A stretch of DNA of 64,000 bases from contig JBFWQT010000001.1 of the NCBI GenBank assembly GCA_050249295.1, forward strand, positions 623-64,622, written 5' to 3'. Each line of letters opens with the position of its first letter. The first letter of the stretch is position 1. Shown one piece after another: positions 48,517 to 58,464 of this stretch. This DNA is from Planctomycetota bacterium. Lineage in GTDB: Bacteria; Planctomycetota; UBA8742; SKZP01. The position numbers and the translations under genes are program-made. The notes beneath the pieces were generated by a model. It worked only from the letters and a program-made list of their open reading frames with translations. It was not told where the DNA came from and did no database searches.

Positions 48517-48663
48517 GTGAACTGGCGCGAATATAGTACGGCGCGAAGCCAAATCAACTCCCAACACCCGGCGCACTTTTCTGCCCGCTGGCCTGACTTT
48601 CCGTTTCCTGTGGCATACACTTGAATTCCCTGTCGCTCTGGCGCCAGGGATACCACACCACGG

Positions 48664-51591
48664 ATGTGCACCATGACCCTGCCGGATGAAGTCCCCGACA
48701 GCCCGCGCGGCCAACCGCCAGCATCGCCAGGGGCGACCAGACCCGGTGGACCGGACCTCTCCGACCTCGTCGATCCCGGCCCCGCGCAGGCCCCGGTGCC
48801 CGACGCGACAATCGACCCGGAAGTTCTCGACCGGGCTGCACTGATCGACCTCGCGCGGCGACAGGCCGAGCGCGTCCGTCTGCTCGAAGAGCTCGTCGGC
48901 CAGCACGCACCCGCCCCGACCGCGGCCGACTCCGGCTTCAGCTGGGCCCAGATCCAGCCGGGGCTGCCGTTCGAGAGTGTGGTCGACTTCCGGATGATGG
49001 TCGAGCGTTGCTCCGTCCCGATGGTCGTCACGCTCCCCGACGGCACCGTGCTCTACGCCAACCGCGCCGCGCTCGGCGTGATGGAAGTCGACGCCGAGTC
49101 CGCCGCCGGCCGCTCGCTGGTCGACCGGCAGTTCTTCGCCAACCCCGAGCAGTCCGACCTCTTCCCGCAGCGCCAGCTCGCCGGCGAGAACCCGGTGCGA
49201 GAACGCTGCCAGATGATCACCGCGCGCGGCCGGCACTTCGAGGCGCTGATCGTCCACCACGCGGTGCGCGATGCTGCCGGCAACATCTGCTACGGCATCT
49301 CCACGCTGCAGGACATCTCGCTCTACGAGCGCGGCGACGCCGAGCGCAAGCGCCACGCGGCCCGCACGACGCGCCGGCTGGTGCAGAGCGAGGCGCGCTA
49401 TCACACGCTGTTCCAGCAGATTCCCGAGGCGATCTTCCTCGTCGACGCCGGCGACCAGCGCATCGTTGACGCCAACCCCGCCGCCGAGACGCTGATCGGC
49501 CTGCCCGGCGAACTGCTGCTCAACCGCCAGATCAGCGAGTTCGTCGACGCGCGCAAGCTCGAGCGCGCGGGCGAGGCGCGCTCGCCGCGCTCGCTGGCCG
49601 GCAGCACCATCCGCCGCGCCGACGGCCGCCACGCCGAGATCGAAGGCAGCCTGCAGCTGCTCGAGTACGCTGGCCGCGCCACGCTGCTCCTCATTGTGCG
49701 CGACGTCACCTGGCGCCGCGCCGCCGAAGCGCACATCCGCATGCTCTCCGACGCGATCGACGCGCTGCCCGAAGGCGTTGCGATCTTCGACCCCGACGGC
49801 GCCATCCGCTACGCCAACGCCGCGCTGATCGCGACCTACGGCTGGACCGACGCCGAGTTGAGCGTGGCGACGGTCGACTCGCTCGGCCTGCATCCCGAAC
49901 TGCCGATGGACAGCGGCGCGCATTGGTCCGAGAGCGAATCGTCGTCCTCGCGCGCGACCGGCAGCGCGAGCCGGCGTCGCCTGGCCCGCCTGACGCCGCT
50001 GCCCGAGGCGCTGGCCGGTGCGGTCGAGGATGCCGCGCGCCAGATGGCGTCGAACGACGCCGTCAGCCCCGGCAGCACCGACAACATCGCAACCGGTGTC
50101 GACCCGCTCAGCATCGGCCAGCTGTTGCGTCCGTGGTCGGCCCGCATGATGGTGCGCACTGACCGCATCGCGCCGCGACCGGTGCGCCTCGTTTGTTCGC
50201 CGGTCTACGAGCCCGGCCCGGCCCCCGGCTCGCAGGGCCTGCCCGACGCGGCCCCCGGCCTGCGCGGCGTGGTCGTGGTGCTGCACGACATGGCCACCGA
50301 ACAGCAGATGCAGGAACACCTGTTGCAGTCCGAGAAACTCGCCTCGATGGGCACGCTGGTCGTCGGCCTGACGCGCGAACTCAATACGCACCTCGCGCCG
50401 ATCATCGGCTTCGCGCAGTTGCTCGGCGAGCGCGACGCGGCCTCGACCGACTCCGGCTTCTACCTCGACCGCATCCAGGAGTCCGCCCGCGCGGCCCGCC
50501 GGATCATGGACGAGTTGCAGGACTTCGCGATGCCGCCGGGCGAGCTGAACCCGGTGAATGTGGCGCGCCTCGCCCGCGACGTCGCCACGCTGATGGAGTA
50601 CGCGTTCCGCGATCGCGGCGTGACGCTCAGCGTCGACCTCGAACCCGGCGCGCCATCGCCCCGCGTGGAGGCCAACCGCGAGCAGCTGCGCTCGGTGCTG
50701 ATGCACCTGGTGCGCAACGCGCTCGACGCATGCGAGCGCGGCGATGGCGTGCGACTGCGGGCGCACAACTCCGACGCCGGCACCGTGATCGTCGAGGTGC
50801 TCGACGAGGGCCACGGCCTGTCGCCCGATGTCGCCGCGCACATGTTCGATCCGTTCTTCACGACGCGCGACGTCGGCCAGGGCATCGGCCTCGGCCTGTC
50901 GGTCTGCTACGGCGTGGTGCGCGACCTCGGCGGCGAGATCTCCGGCGAGAACCGCAGCGACCGTCGCGGCGCCCGCTTCGTGGTGGAGTTGCCGGCGTGG
51001 CGCGCCGCGCCCGAGGCCGCGACGATCGAGAGTGGTGCCGACCTGACCGACGTCGCCGCCGCCGCCGTGGCCCTGCCGCCGCCGCCGCCGTCGTCGTCCC
51101 CCGCTGCATCGTCCGACGCGGCAGGCGCGTCGAAGCCCGGCCGTCCGGCCGCGTCGTCGCGGAGTCGCAGCGCCGAGGTGCCGCCCGAGCTGGCCGGCCG
51201 CACGGTGCTGATTGTGGATGACGAGCCGTCGATGGTCTCGTTGCTCACGCGGCTGTTCACGTCGCGCGGGTTTGTGGTGCGGGCCTACACCGACCCCGAG
51301 CGCGCGCTGAACGCGCCCGACCCGAGCGACCTGGTGATCACCGACGTGTGGATGCCGATCCTCGACGGCGTGGCGCTGCGTGACGCGTACCGCCGGCGTT
51401 GGCCGCAGGCCGACACGCGCTTCATCTTCATCACCGGCGACACGGCCGACGGCGAGCTCGAGCGGGTGATCCGCACCAGCGGCGACGTGGTGGTGCAGAA
51501 GCCGTTTGATATCGCGCGCATCCTGCAGCAGGCGATCAGCGCGCTGGGCGGCGGTCGCAAGACGAGCACCGGCCGGTTCGAGCGCGGCTGA
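48664..51591 (+). CDS. Hybrid sensor histidine kinase (PAS domains, HisKA, HATPase_c, C-terminal receiver)
   Basis: Multiple PAS-like blocks, HisKA helix with H-box region LVVGLTRELNTHLAPIIGFAQLL, N/G1/G2 boxes (LVRNALDA, DEGHGLSPD, GIGLGLSV), receiver LIVDDEP...DVWMPILDG...K. Confidence 0.85.
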   Translation: MCTMTLPDEVPDSPRGQPPASPGATRPGGPDLSDLVDPGPAQAPVPDATIDPEVLDRAALIDLARRQAERVRLLEELVGQHAPAPTAADSGFSWAQIQPGLPFESVVDFRMMVERCSVPMVVTLPDGTVLYANRAALGVMEVDAESAAGRSLVDRQFFANPEQSDLFPQRQLAGENPVRERCQMITARGRHFEALIVHHAVRDAAGNICYGISTLQDISLYERGDAERKRHAARTTRRLVQSEARYHTLFQQIPEAIFLVDAGDQRIVDANPAAETLIGLPGELLLNRQISEFVDARKLERAGEARSPRSLAGSTIRRADGRHAEIEGSLQLLEYAGRATLLLIVRDVTWRRAAEAHIRMLSDAIDALPEGVAIFDPDGAIRYANAALIATYGWTDAELSVATVDSLGLHPELPMDSGAHWSESESSSSRATGSASRRRLARLTPLPEALAGAVEDAARQMASNDAVSPGSTDNIATGVDPLSIGQLLRPWSARMMVRTDRIAPRPVRLVCSPVYEPGPAPGSQGLPDAAPGLRGVVVVLHDMATEQQMQEHLLQSEKLASMGTLVVGLTRELNTHLAPIIGFAQLLGERDAASTDSGFYLDRIQESARAARRIMDELQDFAMPPGELNPVNVARLARDVATLMEYAFRDRGVTLSVDLEPGAPSPRVEANREQLRSVLMHLVRNALDACERGDGVRLRAHNSDAGTVIVEVLDEGHGLSPDVAAHMFDPFFTTRDVGQGIGLGLSVCYGVVRDLGGEISGENRSDRRGARFVVELPAWRAAPEAATIESGADLTDVAAAAVALPPPPPSSSPAASSDAAGASKPGRPAASSRSRSAEVPPELAGRTVLIVDDEPSMVSLLTRLFTSRGFVVRAYTDPERALNAPDPSDLVITDVWMPILDGVALRDAYRRRWPQADTRFIFITGDTADGELERVIRTSGDVVVQKPFDIARILQQAISALGGGRKTSTGRFERG

Positions 51592-51600
51592 ATCTGGCGG

Positions 51601-51633
51601 GCAGGAGCCGCGACCGCAAGGGAGCGGGCCCAT
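51601..51633 (+). repeat. REP-like family A copy
   Basis: ggcaggagccgcgaccgcaagggagcgggccc 10 bp after HK stop. Confidence 0.7.
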
Positions 51634-51932
51634 TCGCGCCCGCGGCTCAAGCATCGCGGCTGGCGGGCCGATATCGATGTGCTGGCACCGGTGTGCCGGA
51701 GCCCGCGACGCAGCGACCGACAGCGCCGGGGTCGATTTCCCGGATAATGTTTTGTATTTTATGTCTTGTGGTGTACAGTTCGGGCGCGGGTCACTCCGCC
51801 TCGCCAGCACCGGAAAACAGGACACCCGACGGTCGGGCGCATCGCTCCTGCCATGCGCCGCCGCTGACGGTCCGTCCACTCGTCTGCTCGTCACTCAACT
51901 CACCACTCGTTCGCCGCACTTCGAGGATCGCC

Positions 51933-52805
51933 ATGGCCACTCGCCCACGGACCACCCGCCGACTCAAGGTCACTGTTGATCAGCCCGTCGCCGCCCACGC
52001 CGCCGCCATCGCCACCAACGGCGCCGCGCGCGACGCCAAGGCCACGGCCGCCGCGACCGAGGACGCGAAGCTCTGGCAGCGCTACCACGAGACCAGTTCG
52101 CAGGCCCTGCGCGACATGCTGATCGAACGCTACTACCCGCTCGTCCACGTCATCGCCCAGCGCATGTGCAGCCGACTGCCCGCCAGCGTGCAGGTCGACG
52201 ACCTCGCCAGCGCCGGCGTCTTCGGCCTGCTCGACGCCATCGACGGCTTCGACCCCGAGTACGGCGTGAAGTTCGAGACCTACTGCACGACCCGCATCCG
52301 CGGCGCCATGCTCGACGAGATGCGCCACCTCGACTGGGCGCCGCGCCAGGTGCGCAGCTCGCAGGCCCGCCTCGACCAGACGCGCGCCGAACTCGAGAAG
52401 GAACTCGGCCGCGCGCCCTCCGACGACGAACTGATGGACGCGCTCGACATGAGCGGCGAGGAGTTCTCCGACTTCCGTCGCAAGGCCGACGCCGCGCAGA
52501 TCACGTCGCTGACGCAGGGCGACGACAGCGACGGCGACGACTCGGGCGGCAGTCCGCTGACGATGGTCGCCAACGCGGCCGCGATCGAGCCCGGCGAGAC
52601 CGTCGCGGTGCGCGAACTGTTCCCGAAGCTCGGCAGCATGCTGACGCCGAACGAGCGCATCATCCTGGTGCTCTACTATCACGAGTCGTTCACGATGAAG
52701 GAGATCGGCCAGATCCAGGGGATCTCGGAAAGCCGGGTCTGCCAGATCCACGGCCGGATCATCGATCGTCTGCGCGGCAGCCTGCGGAGCGATCAAGCGT
52801 CATGA
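51933..52805 (+). CDS. fliA: RNA polymerase sigma factor FliA/WhiG (sigma-28)
   Basis: GAGGA 6 nt before ATG 51933; region 2 LWQRYHETSSQALRDMLIERYYPLVHVIAQRM, region 3, region 4 ERIILVLYYHESFTMKEIGQIQGISESRVCQIHGRII; acidic DDSDGDDSGG insert. Confidence 0.85.
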   Translation: MATRPRTTRRLKVTVDQPVAAHAAAIATNGAARDAKATAAATEDAKLWQRYHETSSQALRDMLIERYYPLVHVIAQRMCSRLPASVQVDDLASAGVFGLLDAIDGFDPEYGVKFETYCTTRIRGAMLDEMRHLDWAPRQVRSSQARLDQTRAELEKELGRAPSDDELMDALDMSGEEFSDFRRKADAAQITSLTQGDDSDGDDSGGSPLTMVANAAAIEPGETVAVRELFPKLGSMLTPNERIILVLYYHESFTMKEIGQIQGISESRVCQIHGRIIDRLRGSLRSDQAS

Positions 52806-53029
52806 TGAACCCCAGCGAGTACCTGGTCTTCGTGCTCTACTACGTGGAGCACAAGTCGATCCGCGAGATTGCGGACGTGATGAATCTGCCGGAGTCGAAC
52901 ATCCGCGCGATCCACGACCGCGTCGTGTTCCTTGCGAACCGCAACCGCCAGACGAGTCGCCCGGTAAACGCCCCGGCGGCAACCGTGGCCGACGACACCG
53001 CCGCGACGGCCTGGCACGCGGCCGCGTGA
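52802..53029 (+). CDS. Stand-alone sigma-70 region-4-like HTH mini-protein (75 aa), start overlaps fliA stop (ATGATGA)
   Basis: MMNPSEYLVFVLYYVEHKSIREIADVMNLPESNIRAIHDRVVFLANRN parallels FliA region 4 just upstream; high GC3; translational coupling geometry. Confidence 0.5.
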   Translation: MMNPSEYLVFVLYYVEHKSIREIADVMNLPESNIRAIHDRVVFLANRNRQTSRPVNAPAATVADDTAATAWHAAA

Positions 53030-53092
53030 GCGTGTCGGATTCGTGATCGGGCGCACCCGGGTCGATCCCGCCTGACTGCAGGAAGAGGGTCC

Positions 53093-53195
53093 AACACAGA
53101 GAGCACAGAGCACACAGAGACGAGCAAGGGAGGCATCGCGCCTCTCCGCTTCTTCTCTGTGTGCTCTGTGCTCTCTGTGTTGAGGGTCCATATGC
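53093..53195. repeat. Family B hairpin repeat: CACAGAG-heptamer arms around CGCGCCTCT core (bidirectional terminator-like)
   Basis: ccaacacagagagcacagagcacacagaga ... ggcatcgcgcctctccgcttc ... tctctgtgtgctctgtgctctctgtgttg; lies in convergent gap between region-4 ORF and antiporter gene. Confidence 0.8.
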
Positions 53196-53238
53196 AACAA
53201 GAGCCGACGCCTCACACCCCGGCCCGGAGCCGGACAAC

Positions 53239-55173
53239 TCAGTCGCCCTCTTCCAGCTTGCCGTCGGTCTTGCGATTGCGCCGGCTGATCGCCTTGACCA
53301 TCCGCGTGTTGTCGCTCTCTTCGATCAGCGCGAGCACTTTCTGGCCGCTCTTCGGCGACGGCGGCGACTCGGCAGTCCAGATCACGAGGTCGCCGTTCTC
53401 CTTGATCAGCGCCAGCGGCAGCGCCTTGTCGGCGTACTGCTGCAAGAAATCCTGGAAGTCGAACTCGTCGCTCATCGGCGTCGCGCGGATCACGCCGCCG
53501 CGAACCACGCGCTGCTGCAGATGATCGAACGTCGCCTCCTTGTCGAACAGCAGCCGGCCGCGCATGTGCATGCCGAGCTTCTCGTAGCGCTCGCTCGCCT
53601 CGCCGCCCATCGCCAGCTGGTAGGTGTTCACGCGGCCGAAAAGCTCATGGAAGTGCTGCACGGCCAGCGCGTTCAACTCGTCGTTGCGCGTCATCGCCAG
53701 CAGCCGGCCCTTGCCGTCGAGCTCCATGCGGTCCATCGCGTACTCCGAGAGCACGCTGCCGTAGAAGGTCTGCAGCCCGGCCATGCGCGCCGCCGAGATG
53801 TTCTGCCAGTTGGTGTCCACCACCAGCACGTCGTAGCCCTCGGCCTTCATCGCCTTGCCGATGGCCAGCTGCAGGCGGTCGGCGCCGGCAATCACCAGGC
53901 CCTGCGGGTTCTTGCTCGCGAGCTTCAGCCGTCGTGCCAGCGTGGCCGCGGTCAGCCCGTAGATCGCGACGGTGCTGATCACCACCAGGAACACGTAGAG
54001 CACCAGCTGGTTGGCCAGCTCCTCGCTGACCACACCGTGCTTGACCAGCTCGAGCGCAAAGATCGACGTCACGGCCGCCGCCACGATGCCTCGCGGCGCG
54101 AGCCAGGCAATGAACACGCGCTCGTTGCGCTTCAGCTCGGACTTCAGCGTGCTGGCGTACACCGCCGCGGGCCGGATCACGAACAGCAGCAGCAGGATGA
54201 ACACGATGCTGCCGGGGTTGATCACGAGGCTCACGTGATCGAGCGGCAGCCGCGCCGAGAGCACGATGAACAGCACGCTGATCAGCATCGTGCGCATGAT
54301 CTCCTCGAACTCGAGGATGTGCTTCACGCTGGCGTGCTTCTGGTTGGCCAGCAGGATGCCGGCCAGCGTGACCGTGATCAGGCCCGACTCCGGCTGGATG
54401 AAGTTCGACGCGGCAAACCCGACCAGTACCAGGCCGACTGCCACCGGCGCGTGCAGGTAGTCGGGCACCCAGTGGTTGCGGATCACCTGGACCAGCACCC
54501 ACGAGATGAACCAGCCGATCACGCCGCCGGCGAATAGCGATCGGCCGAGGCTCAGCACGGCCACGCCGACCGCGCCATCGCCGGCGTGCAGCAGCATCTC
54601 GAAGATGATCACGGCGAGCACCGCGCCGATCGGGTCGTTGACGATGCCCTCCCACTTGACCACCGAACCGACGCGGCGCGTGGGGCGGATGTGGCGCAGC
54701 ATCGGTACGACGACGGTCGGTCCGCTGACGACCAGGATTGCACCGAACAGCGCCGACACGCCCGGCGGCAGGCCGAGCAGCAGCGCGGCCGCGAGCGACG
54801 CCAGCACCCACGTGACGGCCGCGCCGATCGTCACGAGGTTGCGCACGTCGCGCGTGGTTTGCCGCAGCTCGGCGAAGCGCAGGCTCATGCCGCCTTCAAA
54901 CAGGATCAGCGCGACCGACAGCGACACGGCCGGGAAGAGCATTTCGCCGAAGGTGCTGTCCGGATCGAACAACGCCGTGCCGGTGACTTTCCTCGCAATC
55001 GGCCCGGCACAGAGCCCGGCGAGCAGCAGCATCAGCACCGACGGCACCTTCAGCCGCCACGCAATCCACTGGGCGAGAATGCCGAGGCCGATGATGCCGG
55101 CCAGGATCAGTTGCGGCGGCACGCCACTCCCGGCGCTCTCGACGCTGGCCAACAGCGGGCAGTACGTGATCAC
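53239..55173 (-). CDS. Na+/H+ (cation:proton) antiporter, CPA family, with C-terminal RCK/TrkA-like regulatory domain
   Basis: 12-13 TM helices with conserved antiporter motifs (GPTVVVPMLRHIRP, FEGIVNDPIGAVLAVIIFE), C-terminal soluble domain GLVIAGADRLQLAIGKAMKAEGYDVLVVD (Rossmann RCK). Confidence 0.85.
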   Translation of the reverse strand: MITYCPLLASVESAGSGVPPQLILAGIIGLGILAQWIAWRLKVPSVLMLLLAGLCAGPIARKVTGTALFDPDSTFGEMLFPAVSLSVALILFEGGMSLRFAELRQTTRDVRNLVTIGAAVTWVLASLAAALLLGLPPGVSALFGAILVVSGPTVVVPMLRHIRPTRRVGSVVKWEGIVNDPIGAVLAVIIFEMLLHAGDGAVGVAVLSLGRSLFAGGVIGWFISWVLVQVIRNHWVPDYLHAPVAVGLVLVGFAASNFIQPESGLITVTLAGILLANQKHASVKHILEFEEIMRTMLISVLFIVLSARLPLDHVSLVINPGSIVFILLLLFVIRPAAVYASTLKSELKRNERVFIAWLAPRGIVAAAVTSIFALELVKHGVVSEELANQLVLYVFLVVISTVAIYGLTAATLARRLKLASKNPQGLVIAGADRLQLAIGKAMKAEGYDVLVVDTNWQNISAARMAGLQTFYGSVLSEYAMDRMELDGKGRLLAMTRNDELNALAVQHFHELFGRVNTYQLAMGGEASERYEKLGMHMRGRLLFDKEATFDHLQQRVVRGGVIRATPMSDEFDFQDFLQQYADKALPLALIKENGDLVIWTAESPPSPKSGQKVLALIEESDNTRMVKAISRRNRKTDGKLEEGD

Positions 55174-55723
55174 GCGCGGTCGGGGCAGTCGTGGATGCGG
55201 TCGGGCGGCGCAACAGATTGGCCGCTGGAGCAGCGGGTTTCAAGTGTGCGACCCGATGCGCCACGACAATGCGGCCGGTACGTCGCATCAACCGCGGCGG
55301 CCGCCCTGGCGTACAGCTCTTCCGGCACGGTCTTCAGCTTGCCCGCCACTCGGCGAGCGGCGAGCGGCGAGCGGCCGGTTGTTCCGGCGGTCAATGCCGT
55401 CGCGGCACCCTGTCCAGGAGATGTCGTGCCTGGAGAGCCTGGATCCGGCCGATGCCATGTGCTTGCGATCGTTCACGCGCACGTTGCGACGCTCACTGCC
55501 TTTCACCCGGTACTCCGTCGTCGTTATTCGAAAGCTTCCACGTCAACTCGCAAATTTGTCCCACGATTATCGCATACAAACCTCGCAACCGCGCGCCTCG
55601 CTCGCACCGCCCCGACTTCCGACCACCACACAACCGTACGACTGGCTCGCGCTTGCGCCCCCTGCCACCGCCTGCGATGCTGAACTCCGCGCCCGCCCAC
55701 GCCCAACACGCCTGCGGCTCCCC

Positions 55724-56356
55724 ATGCCCGCCGACCGTCGCACCAACCCCGACAGCCACCGCAACGACCGCCTCGAGCGCAGCCACCTCGTGCTGCGCCC
55801 GGCCGTCATCGTCGGCGGCGACTCGGCACCCGCACGCGCCTCCTCGCGCGGACGCACCGGATTCAGCGACGGCAATCTGCTCAACGAATGGCAGCTGACC
55901 CACACGCTGCCGATGGCGCTGATGCACATCGGCGACATGTGGCTCGCCGCCGATCCCACGCCGATCCGCATGGTCAACCCCGCGCAGCCGCTGCCCGGCG
56001 CCATGCCGTCGGCCGACTTCGACCTTGCCGACGAGCTCGGCGCGCCGCTGCCGCCGAGCCCCGACTGGCACGTGATCTCGCTGGAAGTGCCGAAGGGGCT
56101 GACGATCGGCGGGCATCACCGCACGCTGCCGGTGCGCATCAGCGTGCCGTCGGCCGTGCTGACGGTGAACGTGCCACTCAACCACGTGCGCGGCCGGCCG
56201 CCGTTGCTCGCCTCGATGACCTCGCGCGGCATGGCCGGGTTCCTGCTCGATCGGGGCGGCCAGGGCGGCATGGACGACGACCACCGGCCGCCGCGCATCG
56301 CCACCCTGATCGATCTCCTGGCGATCACGAGCCAGGTGCTGGATACGCAGGTATGA
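55724..56356 (+). CDS. Hypothetical protein (about 210 aa; start uncertain, could be 55913)
   Basis: Tail of a long frame, otherwise junk N-terminally, shows very high GC3 and protein-like composition (NEWQLTHTLPMALMHIGDMWLAADPTPIRMV...PRIATLIDLLAITSQVLDTQV); 34 bp upstream of MCP gene. Confidence 0.5.
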   Translation: MPADRRTNPDSHRNDRLERSHLVLRPAVIVGGDSAPARASSRGRTGFSDGNLLNEWQLTHTLPMALMHIGDMWLAADPTPIRMVNPAQPLPGAMPSADFDLADELGAPLPPSPDWHVISLEVPKGLTIGGHHRTLPVRISVPSAVLTVNVPLNHVRGRPPLLASMTSRGMAGFLLDRGGQGGMDDDHRPPRIATLIDLLAITSQVLDTQV

Positions 56357-56390
56357 TCAGGCCGAACCCGAACCGAGTTGCCGCCAATCC

Positions 56391-58322
56391 ATGCCGACCC
56401 TGACTTCCAGCCTCAACGACCCGGCGCCGTTGCCGACGCCGTCGACGTCCGATGCCGGGCGGCTGCGCGACGTGTTCACCGCGGAGCAACTGGTCTCGCA
56501 TGCGACCAGCCTCGTGGTGGTGCCGTTCGTGGTCATGCAGGTGCTGGTGCTGATCCTCGCCGACGCGGTGCACCCGGTGAAGGACGGCTTCTACACCGTG
56601 GCGCTGCTGGCCGGGCTGTTCACGACCGGTGCCGGCTGCGTCGGTCTCGCGATCCTGGTGCGCCGGCTGCTGGCACGGGCCGACTCGCACGAGCAGTCGC
56701 ACAGCCTGTGGTCGTTCATCGATCACAGCTCGGTCGTACTGGCCGTCGCGCCGGGCATGATGTCGCTGGTCGCCGGGTCGGTGGCCGGGCTCGCGGTGAA
56801 CCTCGCGGGCGGCGAGGCGCCGACGGGCAAGCTGTTCTGGCTGTCGATCGTGCTGGCCGGTGCGGTGTTCCCCGGCCTCAACGTGTTGCTCTGCCTCTCG
56901 CTCGGCCGGCTGGCCGGGCTGCGTCACGACCAGTTGCTGCAGTCGGTCGGCCGTCGCGCGAAGAGCATGATGACGCTCGGCGCACGTGTGGGCATGGCGA
57001 TGGTGTTCAGCGCGTTGCTGCCGGTGGTGTGGACGCTGATGCTGCTGCTGCGCGCCAGCGAGGGCCACGGCCTGACGCTCGGCGGCAACGTGGCGATCTT
57101 TCCGCTGGCCTGTGCGCTGCTGGTGGTGGCCGGGTTCAATGCATACGCGTTCCGCGCGTGGCTGCACCGCATCACGCTCGGCCTGCGCGGCCAGCTGGCG
57201 CAGTTGCACAGCGGTGCCAGCGATCGCCCGCCGTTCCTCGGCCTCGATGAAGCCGGCAGCCTGACCGGCGACGCAGCCGAGGCGGCGCAGCACATCAGCG
57301 AGCTGGCGGCCCGCCTGCAGCGCGTGGCCGACGGCGACCTGACGGTGACCTTCCCCGATCAGAGCGTGCTCTCGCTGGCTGCGCGCCGCGTGACCGAGTC
57401 GATGCTCGCGTTGGTCGACCGGGTGGCGCATGCCGCCGCGAAGGTGCAGGACGACGCGCACCACGTGCTCGAGACGGCGCTCGATGTCGAGGCCAGCGCG
57501 CAGGAGCAGTCGCTCAACGTCGACGAGTCGCGCCGCACGATGCAGGGCCTGCGCCAGTGCAGCAGCGAGATCAACAGCGAGTCGCGCGAGCTGGCCTCGG
57601 CGTCGGAAGACGTCCTGAGCGTGACCGAGAACACCGCGTCGCAGATTTCGCAGCTGGTCGAGCACCAGGTGCAGATCGAGGAACTGCTCGACACGGTGCG
57701 CGAGATTGCCGAGCGGTCGGACATCCTCGCGCTGAACGCGTCGCTCGAGGGTGTGCGCGCGGGCGAGGCCGGTCGCGGGTTCAGCCTGGTGGCGGCCGAG
57801 ATGCGGCGCATGGCCGAGAAGGTCAAGTCGGCCGCCAACGACATCCGCCAGACGGTGAGCAACGTGCGCAGCTCGGCGCGCGCCACCATGATGGGCATCG
57901 AGGAAGGCCGGCGCGTCGGCGACCGCATGAAGAAGAGCGTCGAGCGCATCCTGTTGATGGCGATGCAGCAGCAGAGCAGCACGGCCCAGGTGAACAACAA
58001 CATGTCGGACGTCGCGAGCTACCTGCAGGACGCCACCGGCGACACGGCGCGCGCCCGCGAACTGGCCGAGTCGTTGACGAATCGTGCCAGCAGCCTGCTC
58101 GAGCTGGTCGAGCAGTGGAACCTTCCGGAGGCCGAGGATTGGGGCCAGACCGGCAGTCTGGGTGGTGTCGAGTTCGACTCTGACGACAACATCATCTTCC
58201 GTCCGAGCGGCCGTCAGGCGGCCACCGACCCGACCACGGCCCGCGCCACCGCGGCCAGCAGCAGTGACGACGCGAGTGGTTCGCCCGACCCCGCGACTCC
58301 GCCCGACGCACAGCCCGAGTGA
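56391..58322 (+). CDS. Methyl-accepting chemotaxis protein with polytopic N-terminal sensor
   Basis: About 6 TM helices then signalling domain with highly conserved DILALNASLEGVRAGEAGRGFSLVAAEMRRMAEKV hairpin-tip motif. Confidence 0.85.
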   Translation: MPTLTSSLNDPAPLPTPSTSDAGRLRDVFTAEQLVSHATSLVVVPFVVMQVLVLILADAVHPVKDGFYTVALLAGLFTTGAGCVGLAILVRRLLARADSHEQSHSLWSFIDHSSVVLAVAPGMMSLVAGSVAGLAVNLAGGEAPTGKLFWLSIVLAGAVFPGLNVLLCLSLGRLAGLRHDQLLQSVGRRAKSMMTLGARVGMAMVFSALLPVVWTLMLLLRASEGHGLTLGGNVAIFPLACALLVVAGFNAYAFRAWLHRITLGLRGQLAQLHSGASDRPPFLGLDEAGSLTGDAAEAAQHISELAARLQRVADGDLTVTFPDQSVLSLAARRVTESMLALVDRVAHAAAKVQDDAHHVLETALDVEASAQEQSLNVDESRRTMQGLRQCSSEINSESRELASASEDVLSVTENTASQISQLVEHQVQIEELLDTVREIAERSDILALNASLEGVRAGEAGRGFSLVAAEMRRMAEKVKSAANDIRQTVSNVRSSARATMMGIEEGRRVGDRMKKSVERILLMAMQQQSSTAQVNNNMSDVASYLQDATGDTARARELAESLTNRASSLLELVEQWNLPEAEDWGQTGSLGGVEFDSDDNIIFRPSGRQAATDPTTARATAASSSDDASGSPDPATPPDAQPE

Positions 58323-58464
58323 CGACCGCTACTGCGCTGCCTCGCTGCTCCGCTGCTCCGCTGCGCCGCCCGTCCCACCGAACACCGGCAGTGATCGTGG
58401 CGCAACCGCCGTTCCTGATCTATGCTACGCCGTCGCCAGCAGACCCCCGTAAACGCGGGCTCGC

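Noticed and set aside
48343-51894. 1183-aa minus-strand ORF
   Set aside because: Antisense to hybrid histidine kinase; also overlaps tRNA-Glu
53161-54811. 458-aa plus and 388-aa minus ORFs
   Set aside because: Out-of-frame or antisense to Na+/H+ antiporter gene
55300-55345. Possible sigma-54 -24/-12 element (GGCACG..GCTTGC)
   Set aside because: Spacing does not fit TGGCAC-N5-TTGC and it is 400 bp from the nearest start
56325-57665. 446-aa minus-strand ORF
   Set aside because: Antisense to MCP gene with conserved signalling motif
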